64,000 bases of DNA, taken from assembly GCA_964234715.1 (NCBI GenBank), contig OZ174284.1; one strand, given 5' to 3'. Each line of letters opens with the position of its first letter. The stretch's first letter is position 1. The DNA comes from Podarcis melisellensis (lineage: Eukaryota). This document shows, piece by piece, positions 38,396 to 48,752 of the stretch. The translations under genes and the position numbers were made by a program. The notes under the pieces are model-generated. The model was not told where the DNA came from. It searched no databases and saw only the letters and a program-made list of their open reading frames with translations.

Positions 38396-38601
38396 AGTGG
38401 CGCCCGCCCTGTGGAACGCCCTCCCATCAGATGTCAAAGTGATAAAGAATTACCTGACGTTCAGAAGACATCTTAAGGCAGCCCTGTTCAGGGAAGTTTT
38501 TAATATGTAATGCTGTACTGTTTTTAACACTGGGAGCCGCCCAGAGTGGCTGGGGAAACTCAGCCAGATGGGCGGGGTATAAATAATAAATTATTATTAT
38601 T
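38396..38601 (+). mobile_element. L2 LINE 3' end
   Basis: Same text as the 45680 and 60057 copies, with gccgcccagagtggctgggg...gggcggggtataaat(tta)n tail. Confidence 0.85.
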
Positions 38602-38970
38602 AAGAGCCATTGTTGTGGTATGATCGGCATAGAATAAAAATCAAGCAACATTAAGGAACCACAGAAAAATAGCTGTGTTTCAAGGCCCTGTCTTCTAGGG
38701 GGATGCTATCATTTTATCAGTGCACGCCAGTACTACTTTGTATTTATAAATCTCAAGTCCACAGTGCTAACAATCTGGCTGTATGAGCATGTGAATTCAG
38801 GGAGTCATTGCAGCATGTTCAAATTCTGTTATTGAACATGGTCCCATCACAATGGAATGAGAAGCACAAAGTAGATTTCATCTGAGTTAAACAAAATCCC
38901 ATCTGCAAGGCCATTTATTTGTTTACTTCTGTGTTTTGATTATTTTCTTCAAAACCTTTTTCATTTTCAG

Positions 38971-39047
38971 ATTCCTGAACTCTGTAGACTTGATGGAAGA
39001 TGAGTCTTCAGAAAGTTCTTCAGAACCCGAGAATGCTTACTTTACAT
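38971..39047 (+). CDS. POT1: POT1 exon, hinge (FLNSVDLMEDESSESSSEPENAYFT)
   Basis: Strong tcattttcAG acceptor, 77 nt, phase 2 to 1. Donor GTAAAT is the best GT before the in-frame stop. Weak similarity to human DLESANL...SEPDDSF. Confidence 0.85.
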
Positions 39048-39531
39048 GTAAATAAACTTGAAAACAACACTCAGCTCTGTCTTCCTCGCTTTATAGTATA
39101 GTACTTCCATGTTCTTTTTATGGAGTTGCATACCGTTTCTTCTAACGCAAGATAAAAATATTCAGGAAACCCTAAAAATGTGTGGACGTGAGCTGTGGTC
39201 CATCACTGACTTCTTTGATCTCAACAGCTGATAAAAAGTGGCTGAATTACGCAAGATAGTTTTGCTTTCTTTGTTTATGTGCAAAATTGTTTTCTCTGTC
39301 ATCTTGGATAAGAAAATGTATCCTAAGATGGTAGGAAGTTTAAGTGACAAGCAGGTGGCAACATTTTGCATCTCACATCAGGTTATTTGGGACCACATTA
39401 CATTTTCTACCAAATGGAATATGTAACCTACATCTGAAGCATGATTGATCATATCTAAAAAGATATATTTAAGATTTTATAATGTTATAATATAATAATA
39501 TTATATAAATAATAATAATAATATATAAAAA

Positions 39532-39882
39532 GGGACACAGGTGGCGCTGTGGGTTAAACCACAGAGCCTAGGACTTGCCGATCAGAAGGTCGGCGGTTCG
39601 AATCCCCACAACAGGGTGAGCTCCCGTTGCTCGGTCCCTGCTGCTGCCAACCTAGCAGTTTAAAAGCATGAAATGCAAGTAGATAAATAGGTACTGCTCT
39701 GGCGGGAAGGTAAACGGCATTTCCATGCGCTGCTCTGATTTGCCAGAAGCAGCTTAGTCATGCTGGCCACATGACCCGGAAGCTGTACGCCGGCTCCCTC
39801 GGCCAATAAAGCGAGGTGAGCGCTGCAACCCCAGAGTCGGTCACAACTGGACCTAATGGTCAGGGGTCCCTTTACCTTTACC
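39532..39882 (+). mobile_element. Sauria SINE, full length
   Basis: Full body. Flanking direct repeat taatgttataatat. Confidence 0.93.
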
Positions 39883-40234
39883 TAATGTTATAATATGTTA
39901 ATGATTTCATTGTACACTATCTTACTTTTTAAGAATCATAGAACTGTACCATTGCAAGGGACTCCAATGGTCATCTAGTCCAATCCCCTGCAATGCAGGA
40001 ATAATTTAATGATTTGGAATTTTAGAAATATTCTTATAAATAAAAATTAAGTGATAACGCTGTAAGTAGTCAAAGCTCATGGATGCTGTTGCTCAAACAT
40101 ACAGCTTCTTGTCATCTTAAAACAAGATGTTTCAGTCTGTGTTGAAATTTGTTGTGGCATATGATGTCTCTTGCAGTTTACAGGGAAAAGTAAGTGGGAG
40201 AAAATTAATTCCCCCTTTCTTGTCTTTTTAAAAG

Positions 40235-40276
40235 TAGGATCTTGTTCAGAAGGATGCCAGCAGTTATCCGTTACAG
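40235..40276 (+). CDS. POT1: POT1 exon, hinge end (LGSCSEGCQQLSVT)
   Basis: Matches human ERCQQLSAT, donor CAG|GTAGGA. The frame stays open with the AAG acceptor (40232-40234) but not with the adjacent TAG. Confidence 0.85.
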
Positions 40277-41131
40277 GTAGGACTCACAGATGCAGTATAC
40301 CTTTGATCCAAAGAAGTTCTTCGTGCACAGTGTTGTTTTTTGCAGAGTGTTCTCCCCTGAAGCACTCTGTGCTTCACCAAGCCCACTTTTCCAGGTTGTA
40401 CCCCCCCTAGAATGGCTCAGAGTGTGGCAAATGGGAAGCTGCAGCAGAATAGAAAATCAGTAGAACTAACATTCTGCTCAGCTAAGGCACCTTTTGTATT
40501 GATAGTAGGGAGGCCTGAGATATTTGAACTTTGCAAATTTTGATAGGTACTGACCTGATCCACATCTCCCTGACTAACATGCTTATCGAAATGTAATATC
40601 CAGCAGATTTATGCTTTCCAAATATCCCAGCACTGTCCTCTGCTCAAAACGTATCACAATACGTTTTCAAAACGCACATGAAAATATGTTTTGAAATCCA
40701 CATTTTGAGATGGGAAAAGTTTTAAACCCTTATTTAGGGTGGATTTAAAAAGTAGCAGATGAGATTGCATATACAGTCTTATGAATGAACACATGCACAA
40801 CTGACATGGATCAGAAATAAATTGGTTTTACCCATTGAAACACTTCATATTTCTGCCTGTTAGGCCATCAGTTGTGCAGACCTAGGGTGTGCCCAGTCCT
40901 ATTTTGGTAAAGAGCTGGATACAACAGATGTGTGTATTTTTAATTTCAAAACATGAAGTGTCTATTCACATAAGTGCGTATTCAGAATTGTCACATCTAG
41001 ACCACAGAATGAATCCACAACTTCCAGCAATTTAATAAAGCTTTGTTTAAATTTACTTCCGAGCTGCTATTTTCCTCTCATTTTATGTTTGTTCACATCA
41101 GTACAAGCCTTGATATCTTTGTGTTTTACAG

Positions 41132-41288
41132 TGCTGAGAGATCACCAGCATTTTGAAGTGACTGCGCTGAGTACTATTTTGAACAGCAGGAGTCCTCAGC
41201 CGTATCGCATCAGAGCTAAGCTGAGACAATTTGAACCTGAAAAGCTTCATCAGTCTGTTAAACTTCATTGTCCCCAGTGCAATTTGTT
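41132..41288 (+). CDS. POT1: POT1 exon, OB3 start with CPQC zinc ligands
   Basis: 157 nt. YRIRAKLR and [10 protein letters not shown] motifs, AG/GTAAGT. Confidence 0.97.
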
Positions 41289-41578
41289 GTAAGTGCCGTG
41301 ATACATTTTTCTCTCATGCTGCTTTGGAGATGTTGCTTACAAAGTTTCCTAGAGCTTTGGATCAGTGGAACTTGGATGTACAGCAATGTCAAGGGATGGT
41401 TATCGTATCCTTTTGTCATTATATATTCCACCCTAAATATGTGCTAAAATGCCTGTCTAGATAAAGGAACATGATATTAGCACTTTAAAAATTCGCTGTT
41501 GTTAAAATATAACGGGCACAGTAGAGATTTGTTTATTATTAACAAATGTTTAATTTGCCCTTGCACAAATAGCAAATA

Positions 41579-41786
41579 CAGTCGTACCTTTACTTATGTA
41601 TCCCTCTGGATACGGAATCTTTGGGTTATGGCCACGGCAAACCCGGAAGTGTACACTTCCGGGTTTTGCTGCATGCGCAGAAGTGCTCAGTCACGCCGTG
41701 CGCAGAAGTGCGCTTCTATTTACGTTATTTTTGGAGTGTGAACGGACCCCCGGAATGAATTAAGTTCGTATCTGGAGGGTCCACTG
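41579..41786. mobile_element. Tigger-like MITE (family of 27493)
   Basis: cagtcgtacctt...agggtccactg, TA flanks, internal gcatgcgcagaag. Confidence 0.8.
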
Positions 41787-42514
41787 TATTACCTTTTTTT
41801 TTTTTTTACTGGGTAAGGTGTTTTTGCTTCATTGTGTGGTGGGTGACATTTATGGTATGAGGCAAATTGACTGACAGACAGGAGAAGCTTGCAAGTATTT
41901 CAGGGTGTTCCCTTCCCCCATTTTTTTATTGAGAGACTTCCGTATAGAAGGCAGAGAATGATTCCCCCATCCGTAATATCAGCTTGGCTTCTTAGTTACT
42001 CTACCTTATTAAGTAGCAGTCTTTGCTCTCACTTTTATAAGCAAAAGCAAAAGAAGCTGGGGTGATCACTTTGATTCATGTTTAGTTCTAACTTCCTTTT
42101 TAATGTGGGATGCTCCAGTACTGAGTAACATAAGGACCTTAAAATTCCAGCAGCATGCAGAAAGAGGGTTGAAAAGCACCACAAAGCATCAAAACAAAGA
42201 AGATATCAGGTTCCAGCTCTTAGTGGTACAAGGCTTTTAATTTACCTCCACGTATTTTGGACTTCAATACTCCTTCAGGAACATGAAATGCTTACAAGTT
42301 CTTTAAATTTAGAAACACCTTTTAATGAAAATCTGAGCTATTCCTTTACCCTCTCTCAGTACCACTATTCACTGCGGAGATGTGGAGAAAATAAAATGGA
42401 GTCTTAAAGCTTGTTTAAAAGGTGTTTCTGAGCCTGTTCTCCGCTTTCTTAAAGGACCGCAGCCTGCTTTCGCCAATTACCTTGTGTCCAAACATGTGTG
42501 CGGAAAAGTCTAGC

Positions 42515-42668
42515 CAGTGGCGGAGCTTCATGCTCCAACACTGGGGAGCAGAGAACAGGCAGGGGCATGGCTGGCACGCGTCCCGCAGGGGCGTGGCGGC
42601 CAGCGCGGGCCAGGACAACAGCCGTGATGGCAGTGTGCTCCCCCTGCCCCCCTCTTCCTCTGCCAGTG
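42515..42668. mobile_element. GC-rich hAT (Tip100-like) MITE
   Basis: Ends cagtggcggag / ctctgccagtg, perfect TSD agtctagc. Confidence 0.85.
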
Positions 42669-42926
42669 AGTCTAGCTATTGTAGGATTTCTTTCCGGGCT
42701 GACAGAGCCGCAGCAAGATTCTCCCAGCAGCAGAGTCAGTGCCACTTACCAGGAGGGGCAACTTGGCAAGGTCAAGGCTGTGTTGATGTGCCAGCAGAGC
42801 CAGCTCAGCTCTTCGGCCAGTGTGCCCACCTCACCTCATTGCCACTAAACCCCTTCCAGTAACAGGCAGTGAGTCCCCTGGGGCAAGCTACTCCTGAATT
42901 GCACGATCCGTTAAAATATCAAATAT

Positions 42927-43373
42927 GTTGTTGTTGTTTAGTCGAGTCCGACTCTTCATGTCCCCATGGACAAGAGCTTGCCAGGCACTCCTGTCTTCTA
43001 CTGCCTCCCACAGTTTGGTCAAACTCATGCTGGTAGCTTCAAAAACACTATCCAGCCATCTCGTCCTCTGTTGTCCCCTTCTCCTTGTGCCCTCCATCTT
43101 TCCCAACATCAGGGTCTTTTCCAGGGAGTCTAATCTTCTCATGAGGTGGCCAAAGTATTGGAGCCTCAGCTTAGCATCTGTCCTTCCAGTGAGCACTTAG
43201 GGCTGATTTCCTTAAGAATGGATCAGTTTGATCTTCTTGCAGTCCATGGGACTCTCAAGAGTCTCCTCCAGCACCATAATTCAAAAGCATCAATTCTTCA
43301 GCAATCAGCCTTCTTTATGGTCCAGCTCTCACTTCCATACATCACTACTGGGAAAACCATAGCTTTAACTATA
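42927..43373 (-). mobile_element. BovB (RTE) LINE 3' fragment
   Basis: LRLQYFGHLMRR..SLEKTLMLGK.EG.RRRGQQRTRWLD motif and (CAA)n tail. Confidence 0.92.
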
Positions 43374-43451
43374 CATCTAATGTATTCCACAACATCATTT
43401 TGAGCAGGCTTTTGTAGATTGCTTCAGACTGTTGTTGTTGTTTTTTCCCAG

Positions 43452-43657
43452 GCAAGAGGTTCCGGATGGGAGTGAGCTTGATCTAATTATACAGGAAGCT
43501 TCAGCTACATGTCCAATGTCCGATTTACAAAATACATCCTTCTGTGAATCTGTTGTTTGGGATACTGAAAACCAGGGACAGCGACGTGTGGTTATTCATT
43601 TTGTAAAGCGTGATGAACTACTACAAGACCCAGAAGACAGTTTGATTATGATAGAAG
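43452..43657 (+). CDS. POT1: POT1 exon, HJRL domain (QEVPDGSELDLII...HFVKRDELLQDPEDSLIMIEG)
   Basis: 206 nt, AG/GTTAGT. QEVP, LQNTS, HFVK and IEG motifs. Confidence 0.97.
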
Positions 43658-44786
43658 GTTAGTTAATACAGCTGTATGTAAGAGATCAGACGGTATGCTA
43701 CACAATATCTTCGTCTTTTTAAATAAAGTTTAAGAAATACTTAACTATTTTAAAAAGTTTTGATGCTGATAAAAAGTATCTGTCTCTTGCTGTTACCCTC
43801 GTGTGATTCCACTAAACCAGAAAAACTTCAGAAGAGAAAATGTTTGCAGCATATATGTACAAGTTTTCTTTTCAAATTGATTTGTGCACTTTGTGAGCAA
43901 ACTTCATGCACTATGGAATAGTTGTTAATTGGCAAGCCCCATATATATAATGGACTCGTTCATAAAACACATTTCTCGAATCATTCCCATGTGGTCTCTT
44001 GCCTCTTCAAAATCTTACCTTGAATTTTGCCCCCAAATAAATCTGCTTTCTTTCTCATAGTTCTGCAAAATACTTAAAGGTGTTTGTATATAGGGTTAAA
44101 ATAGAAAAGGGGAAACTAAGCTGGAAATTTAGGTAGCACTCCTTGATTTGAATCTGTGAGATACATTTAAACATGAGAAGAGAAATGGGGAGGACAAGAA
44201 TAATCTTAAGAGAGAATTGCTATATAGTGAATTGTGAATGAGACACTGAATAATAAATCCAAAGCTTTATTTCTTTTTTTACAAATGTCTTTGTGCAATT
44301 TACCTTTGGTTCCATTTTAGTTGGAATTCATATTCTGCCCTCTAAGAAAGTATTTTACGACTTCTAGTAGCTGGATAATATACAAGCCCAAAAGCCTTTC
44401 CTGTTGCAAACGTACTGTACTTAGTCATCCTCTGGATGTCAGTGTTTTCACAGAGATAAAGCTGTGCTACTGTGAGAAAAGCAGTAGGCAAGCTATGTTT
44501 TGTTTTTATTCACAAGCCATACCTCATGTATTTTGGGCACACGTGCCTCTTAAATGAATGGCATCACCCCAAGAAAAGGAATTACTCAGCCGCCATTCAT
44601 TTTGTGGGCTTTTGCGAGAGAACCTCCTAGTGGACTGTGCCCATGTGTTTCTATTATAGCTTTACAAACAACAGTTGTTTGTTCCAGGAGCTCTGTATTT
44701 TTGTGTGAAAAATGCAAGTAACAATGATTGAAACAGATTTGATATTAATTTGTATAATGATTTATGAATCACCTTCTATGGTGGTA

Positions 44787-45003
44787 CAATGGTACATCGG
44801 GTTACATAAGCTTTAGGTTATATATGCTTCAGGTTACATACTCTGCTAGCCAAGAAATAGTACCTCGGGTTAAGAACTTGGTTTCAGGATGAGAGCAGAA
44901 ATCGTGCTCCGGCGGCAGCGGGAGGCCCCATTAGCTAAAGTGGTACTTCAGGTTAAGAACAGACCTCCAGAATGAATTAAGTACTTAACCCGAGGTACCA
45001 CTG
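44787..45003. mobile_element. Tigger-like MITE (17605 family, reverse orientation)
   Basis: Reverse complement of 17605-17846, TA flanks. Confidence 0.88.
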
Positions 45004-45114
45004 TATTCAAAATACAATATAAAATAAAACACGTGAAATCAACAACTCTCATTGGTTTGCTTCACAACTGGACTAAGCAAATTGACCTATGCTGAAAGCT
45101 AGACAGAAGAAGTA

Positions 45115-45273
45115 CTGTATTTTTCTGTCTATAAGACTCCCCGATGTATAAGACTATTTGGGGGGACTCAGATTTTTAAAAATGGGGGGAGATGTATCCA
45201 TGTATAAGACGCCCCCTAATTTTCAACATTATTTTTAAGGGAAAAACTTAGTCTTATACACGGAAAAATACGG
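45115..45273. mobile_element. pogo/Tc2-like MITE
   Basis: ctgtatttttctgtctataagac / gtcttatacacggaaaaatacgg, TA flanks, internal tataagac repeats. Confidence 0.8.
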
Positions 45274-45679
45274 TATGTCCCTCTTGGTTCAGCTGGATTA
45301 ATTAATTGGTCCTCAGCTGCCGAGTCTTGAATTTGCAACATACCACCCACTGGTATCTTCCATGAAATACATTTCATCATGTTTGCCACTTTATGAAATC
45401 CTAATGAACCGTATCGGGCGTTTGTGTATTTTATATTTTTAAGCTTGTATTCCATGCATGGTGTAGAGCACATTTATTTCAGTTATTTCTATACCACCTT
45501 CAGGATACCAATCGTCCTAAGGTGGCTTATAAATAATATGACTGTGTTCTACTTCCGCTGTCTGAACACCAGTTGCTGGAAACCACAGGAAGGGCGACTG
45601 CTGTTGCACTCGGGTCCTATTTGTGGACTTCCCATAGGCATTTTGCCACCCACTGTGAGAGCAGATTCCTGGTTATTCT

Positions 45680-46041
45680 AATTATTATTATTATTTATTT
45701 ATTATTATTATTTATTTATTTGTACCCCGCCCATCTGGCTGGGTTTCCCCAGCCAGATGGGCGGCTTCCTCAAAGACAAAAAAATACACTAAGATGTCAC
45801 ACATTAAAAGCTTCCCTGAACAGAGCTGCCTTAAGATGTCTTCTGAATGTCAGGTAGTTGTTTCTCTCTTTGACATCTGGTGGGAGGGCGTTCCACAGGG
45901 TGGGCGCCACTACCAAGAAGGCCCTCTGCCTGGCTCCCTGTAGCTTTGCTTCTCGCAATGAGGGAACCGCCAGAAGGTCCTCGGCGCTGGACCTCAGCGT
46001 CCGGGCAGAATGATGGGGGTGGAGGTATACTGGGCCGAGGC
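45680..46041 (-). mobile_element. L2 LINE 3' fragment
   Basis: RTLRSS...RAFLVVAPTLWNALP...FRRHLKAALFREAF and an (AAT)n tail. Confidence 0.88.
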
Positions 46042-46251
46042 AATAGAATTGTAGTTTAAGAAGACGATTGTTGGGGGTTTTTTTCAGGATCCTTTCTACA
46101 GAGTAGTTGGTGGTAGGAGCCCTGGTGCTGGTAGTGGGGTACAGGCCAGCAGGAGCAGGTCCTGGGGTCACCTGGCTCCTTCTGGCTCCTGGAATCCTTC
46201 GTCCAGCTGGAACAGACTTTCAGGTGGACTTTGCCCACCTGCCTGCTTATT

Positions 46252-46395
46252 GGCTGGATAGCTTAGTTGGTTAGAGCATGGTGCTGATAAAGCCAAGGTT
46301 ACAGGTTCAATCCCCGTACGGTGCATATTCCTGCATTGCAGCAGATTGGACTAGATGGTCCTTAAGGTCCCTTCTGATTCTAGAATTGTATGATT
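46252..46395 (+). mobile_element. tRNA-Ile-derived SINE with CR1-type tail
   Basis: Head resembles vertebrate tRNA-Ile (tagcttagttggttagagcatggtgctgataa...ggttcaatccccgtacgg), followed by attcctgcattgca...ggactagatggtcc. Confidence 0.8.
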
Positions 46396-46543
46396 GTCTG
46401 TCTTTCTTGGGATCCAAATATACACACATTATATACACAAGGATGGTCAGGGATAAATTTGATAACTTGGCTCACTGCTGTTATTTAACGTGTTATCAGA
46501 GTATTAAAGTAACCTAAATATAGCTATTTCTGTTTATTAATAG

Positions 46544-46679
46544 GAGGCACACTGGAGGAAATCTTGAAGCTCTCGAAAAAATTCAAAGGAATTATACCCG
46601 TAAGAGCCACGGAAGACGATCTTGTGTTGCTGGATCTTTCAGCTCCATTTCTTTGGCAAGGGAATATACCACACTATGG
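46544..46679 (+). CDS. POT1: POT1 exon ([45 protein letters not shown])
   Basis: 136 nt. LLDLSAPFL motif, AG/GT. Confidence 0.97.
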
Positions 46680-47189
46680 GTAAATCTAACACACACACAC
46701 CCATATTAAATCTGGCTTCTTAACTCCAGTTCTGATGCTGAAACTTTGATCGGTTGTTAAACCTTTGGAAAATTAGTTATTTTATCTGTCCTTATATCAA
46801 ATAATAAAATTGAAGAAGACAGGATGATAAGTTCCTAGCTGGGTCCAAATTTACACATCGGTGTTATTTTTACACCCATGCTATGGGCAGGATAGCAATC
46901 TTACGTGTGCAAAGTGCACAACTTCTGCCTCCTTTGAATTAGCTCGGGAAGTTGTTTCATACTCTAGAGTTGTGCATGCGTTACCAATACTCTCAGATGT
47001 GCCACGTGCCACTAGATCACTAGGGCAGGATTTAATCTGTGTCAACAAAACCTGCAAATGTGGTAAAGGCCTTTTTATGGAGGCATTTCTAAGCCACGAA
47101 AGGTAATATCGCATTAGTTGTGCCTCATCTGTAGTACCGTGTCCACCTCTGGGCAAAACCATTTGAAGAAGTAGTTCAGGATGACAGTG

Positions 47190-47420
47190 AAATCCATATG
47201 GAAAGCAAGTCCTATGAGGAAAAGGTTGTGGGAACTGGATATATTTAACCTCCAGAAGAGAAGACTATGAATGGACATAATAGCACTGTTCAAATACTTG
47301 AAATACATGGAAAGGGTGCCAAGTCTTGCTTGCTGCTGCTACCCCAGAGGGTTAGATCTACGTAATGGGTTTCAGTTACAGGAGGGTAGAATTTGGTCAG
47401 ACATTAGAAACGGTAACAAT
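47190..47420 (+). mobile_element. Degenerate CR1 ORF2 3' fragment
   Basis: ELDIFNLQKRRL..DIIALFKYLK...RNGFQL motifs. Confidence 0.7.
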
Positions 47421-48140
47421 GGAGCCAATTTCTTGAGGGAAGAAATTCATTCTTGCTACAAGGGAAGAAGTCAGTGGAACTAATGAAACTGAAATCACAG
47501 TATTAATTCATCTTGACTTAGACCCGATTATATTGGACAATAACATTCACTTTCTCTACACTAAAAACACTTGGTTTATTTTCTGCAGTCATCAAAAGTT
47601 AAAAGATGTCTTTTTAAGCGTGCTATACAAGCATTTGCATACTTTTCTTACCTGGAAAAGGTTTGTTGCAGCTCTCTTTTAAAAACCTACAAACACCATT
47701 TTTATGTTGATGATTTTTGTGGCTATAAAAATGTTCTAAGTTTTTTTTAAACATTGCCAAAGTACTAAAGAATAATTTTTTTCACTCGTTAGGGCGTGGT
47801 TAAATTATTAATTCAGTCGTGTTTTATCATATTGTACCATACCAAATTTATTACTTCTATTGCGTGAAGCAGTTTTGTGTCATTAAATAACAAAGAGCAG
47901 TGTTTAGAAAATATATGCTTAGCAATGTATCAGTTTGCCTGACGTTCTTCAGTACAACTGACCAAGGGATTTATTTTTGTTGACAGTATTTTATAAAAGC
48001 CATTAAAGTTTATTGCTTTTCTAGGCCATATAAAATATCTGTCTATAAAATAGCAGGAAAATGTTCTTCTGACAAGTTTGATTCTGAGAAAAGCTAAATA
48101 TACAGAACAGTTAATGCTATTGTTTTGTTTCAAACTTTAG

Positions 48141-48235
48141 GTGCAAACACTGTTCAAATCCAAAGGCAATAGCAAGCTTGAGTCCCCTTGCTGCACAGAA
48201 AGATCCATTGTGGGAGCCCACTACCATAGCACAAG
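48141..48235 (+). CDS. POT1: POT1 exon with CKHC zinc ligands (CKHCSNPKAIASLSPLAAQKDPLWEPTTIAQ)
   Basis: 95 nt, phase 2 to 1, AG/GTTAGT. Corresponds to human CKQCS...WIPSSVAE. Confidence 0.93.
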
Positions 48236-48612
48236 GTTAGTTTATGCTATTATCCATATTTTTATTCAGAAGTCGAGAGTGTAAATAAAACCACCCAGTA
48301 ATGTCCAAGTAAGGAGAAAGCTGCATAAATCTAAAGATTGAAGAAGTTATTGAGTCCAGGAGAAAGAGGATGACTTGCAGTTCATTCCGAAATAATTGTT
48401 ACATTGAAGATGTCTCTCTCATTATTTGTGCCTTGTTCATGTAGGAGAGCAAAGTTATATTAAGTTGAATAAAGTGTTTTTGACATTAATTTCAAATTAG
48501 ATTGACTCAGGGTTCTCAAAGCAGCACATTAGGCAGTGCTCAAAGCCTGCTCTTCTTTGTGAACAGTCCTCTTCTTGTTGTTTAAATAAGGGCATCATTG
48601 AGATGTAATAAA

Positions 48613-48752
48613 TGGCTGAGTGGGTAGAGCATGAGACTCTTAATGTTATGGTCCTATGATTGAGCCCTACATTGGGCAAGAGATTCCTGCCTTTCAGAGG
48701 GTTGGACCAGATGAGATGATCCTCATGGTCCCTTCCTACTCTACAATTCTAT
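48613..48752 (+). mobile_element. tRNA-Lys(CTT)-derived SINE with CR1-type tail
   Basis: ggtagagcatgagactcttaat head and ggtcccttcctactctacaattctatg tail. Confidence 0.7.

Noticed and set aside
40171-40234. Upstream in-frame acceptor (tttacAG at 40183) or a 6-nt microexon before gtaagt
   Set aside because: The best polypyrimidine tract sits right before 40234 and the extension has no POT1 similarity. It cannot be excluded without RNA data.
40235-40240. Leu apparently aligning to human S322 (Coats plus S322L)
   Set aside because: The hinge is length-variable. By exon phase this Leu corresponds to the split codon near human S317, so the match is an alignment artefact.
42415-42862. Cluster of overlapping GC-rich ORFs suggesting a nested gene or CpG island
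   Set aside because: The GC-rich core is a 154-bp hAT MITE with an 8-bp TSD, and the peptides have no recognisable domain.
46252-46325. Functional tRNA-Ile gene (likewise tRNA-Lys at 6233 and 48613)
   Set aside because: Stem mismatches, CpG decay, no oligo-T terminator and direct fusion to a CR1 tail indicate SINEs.
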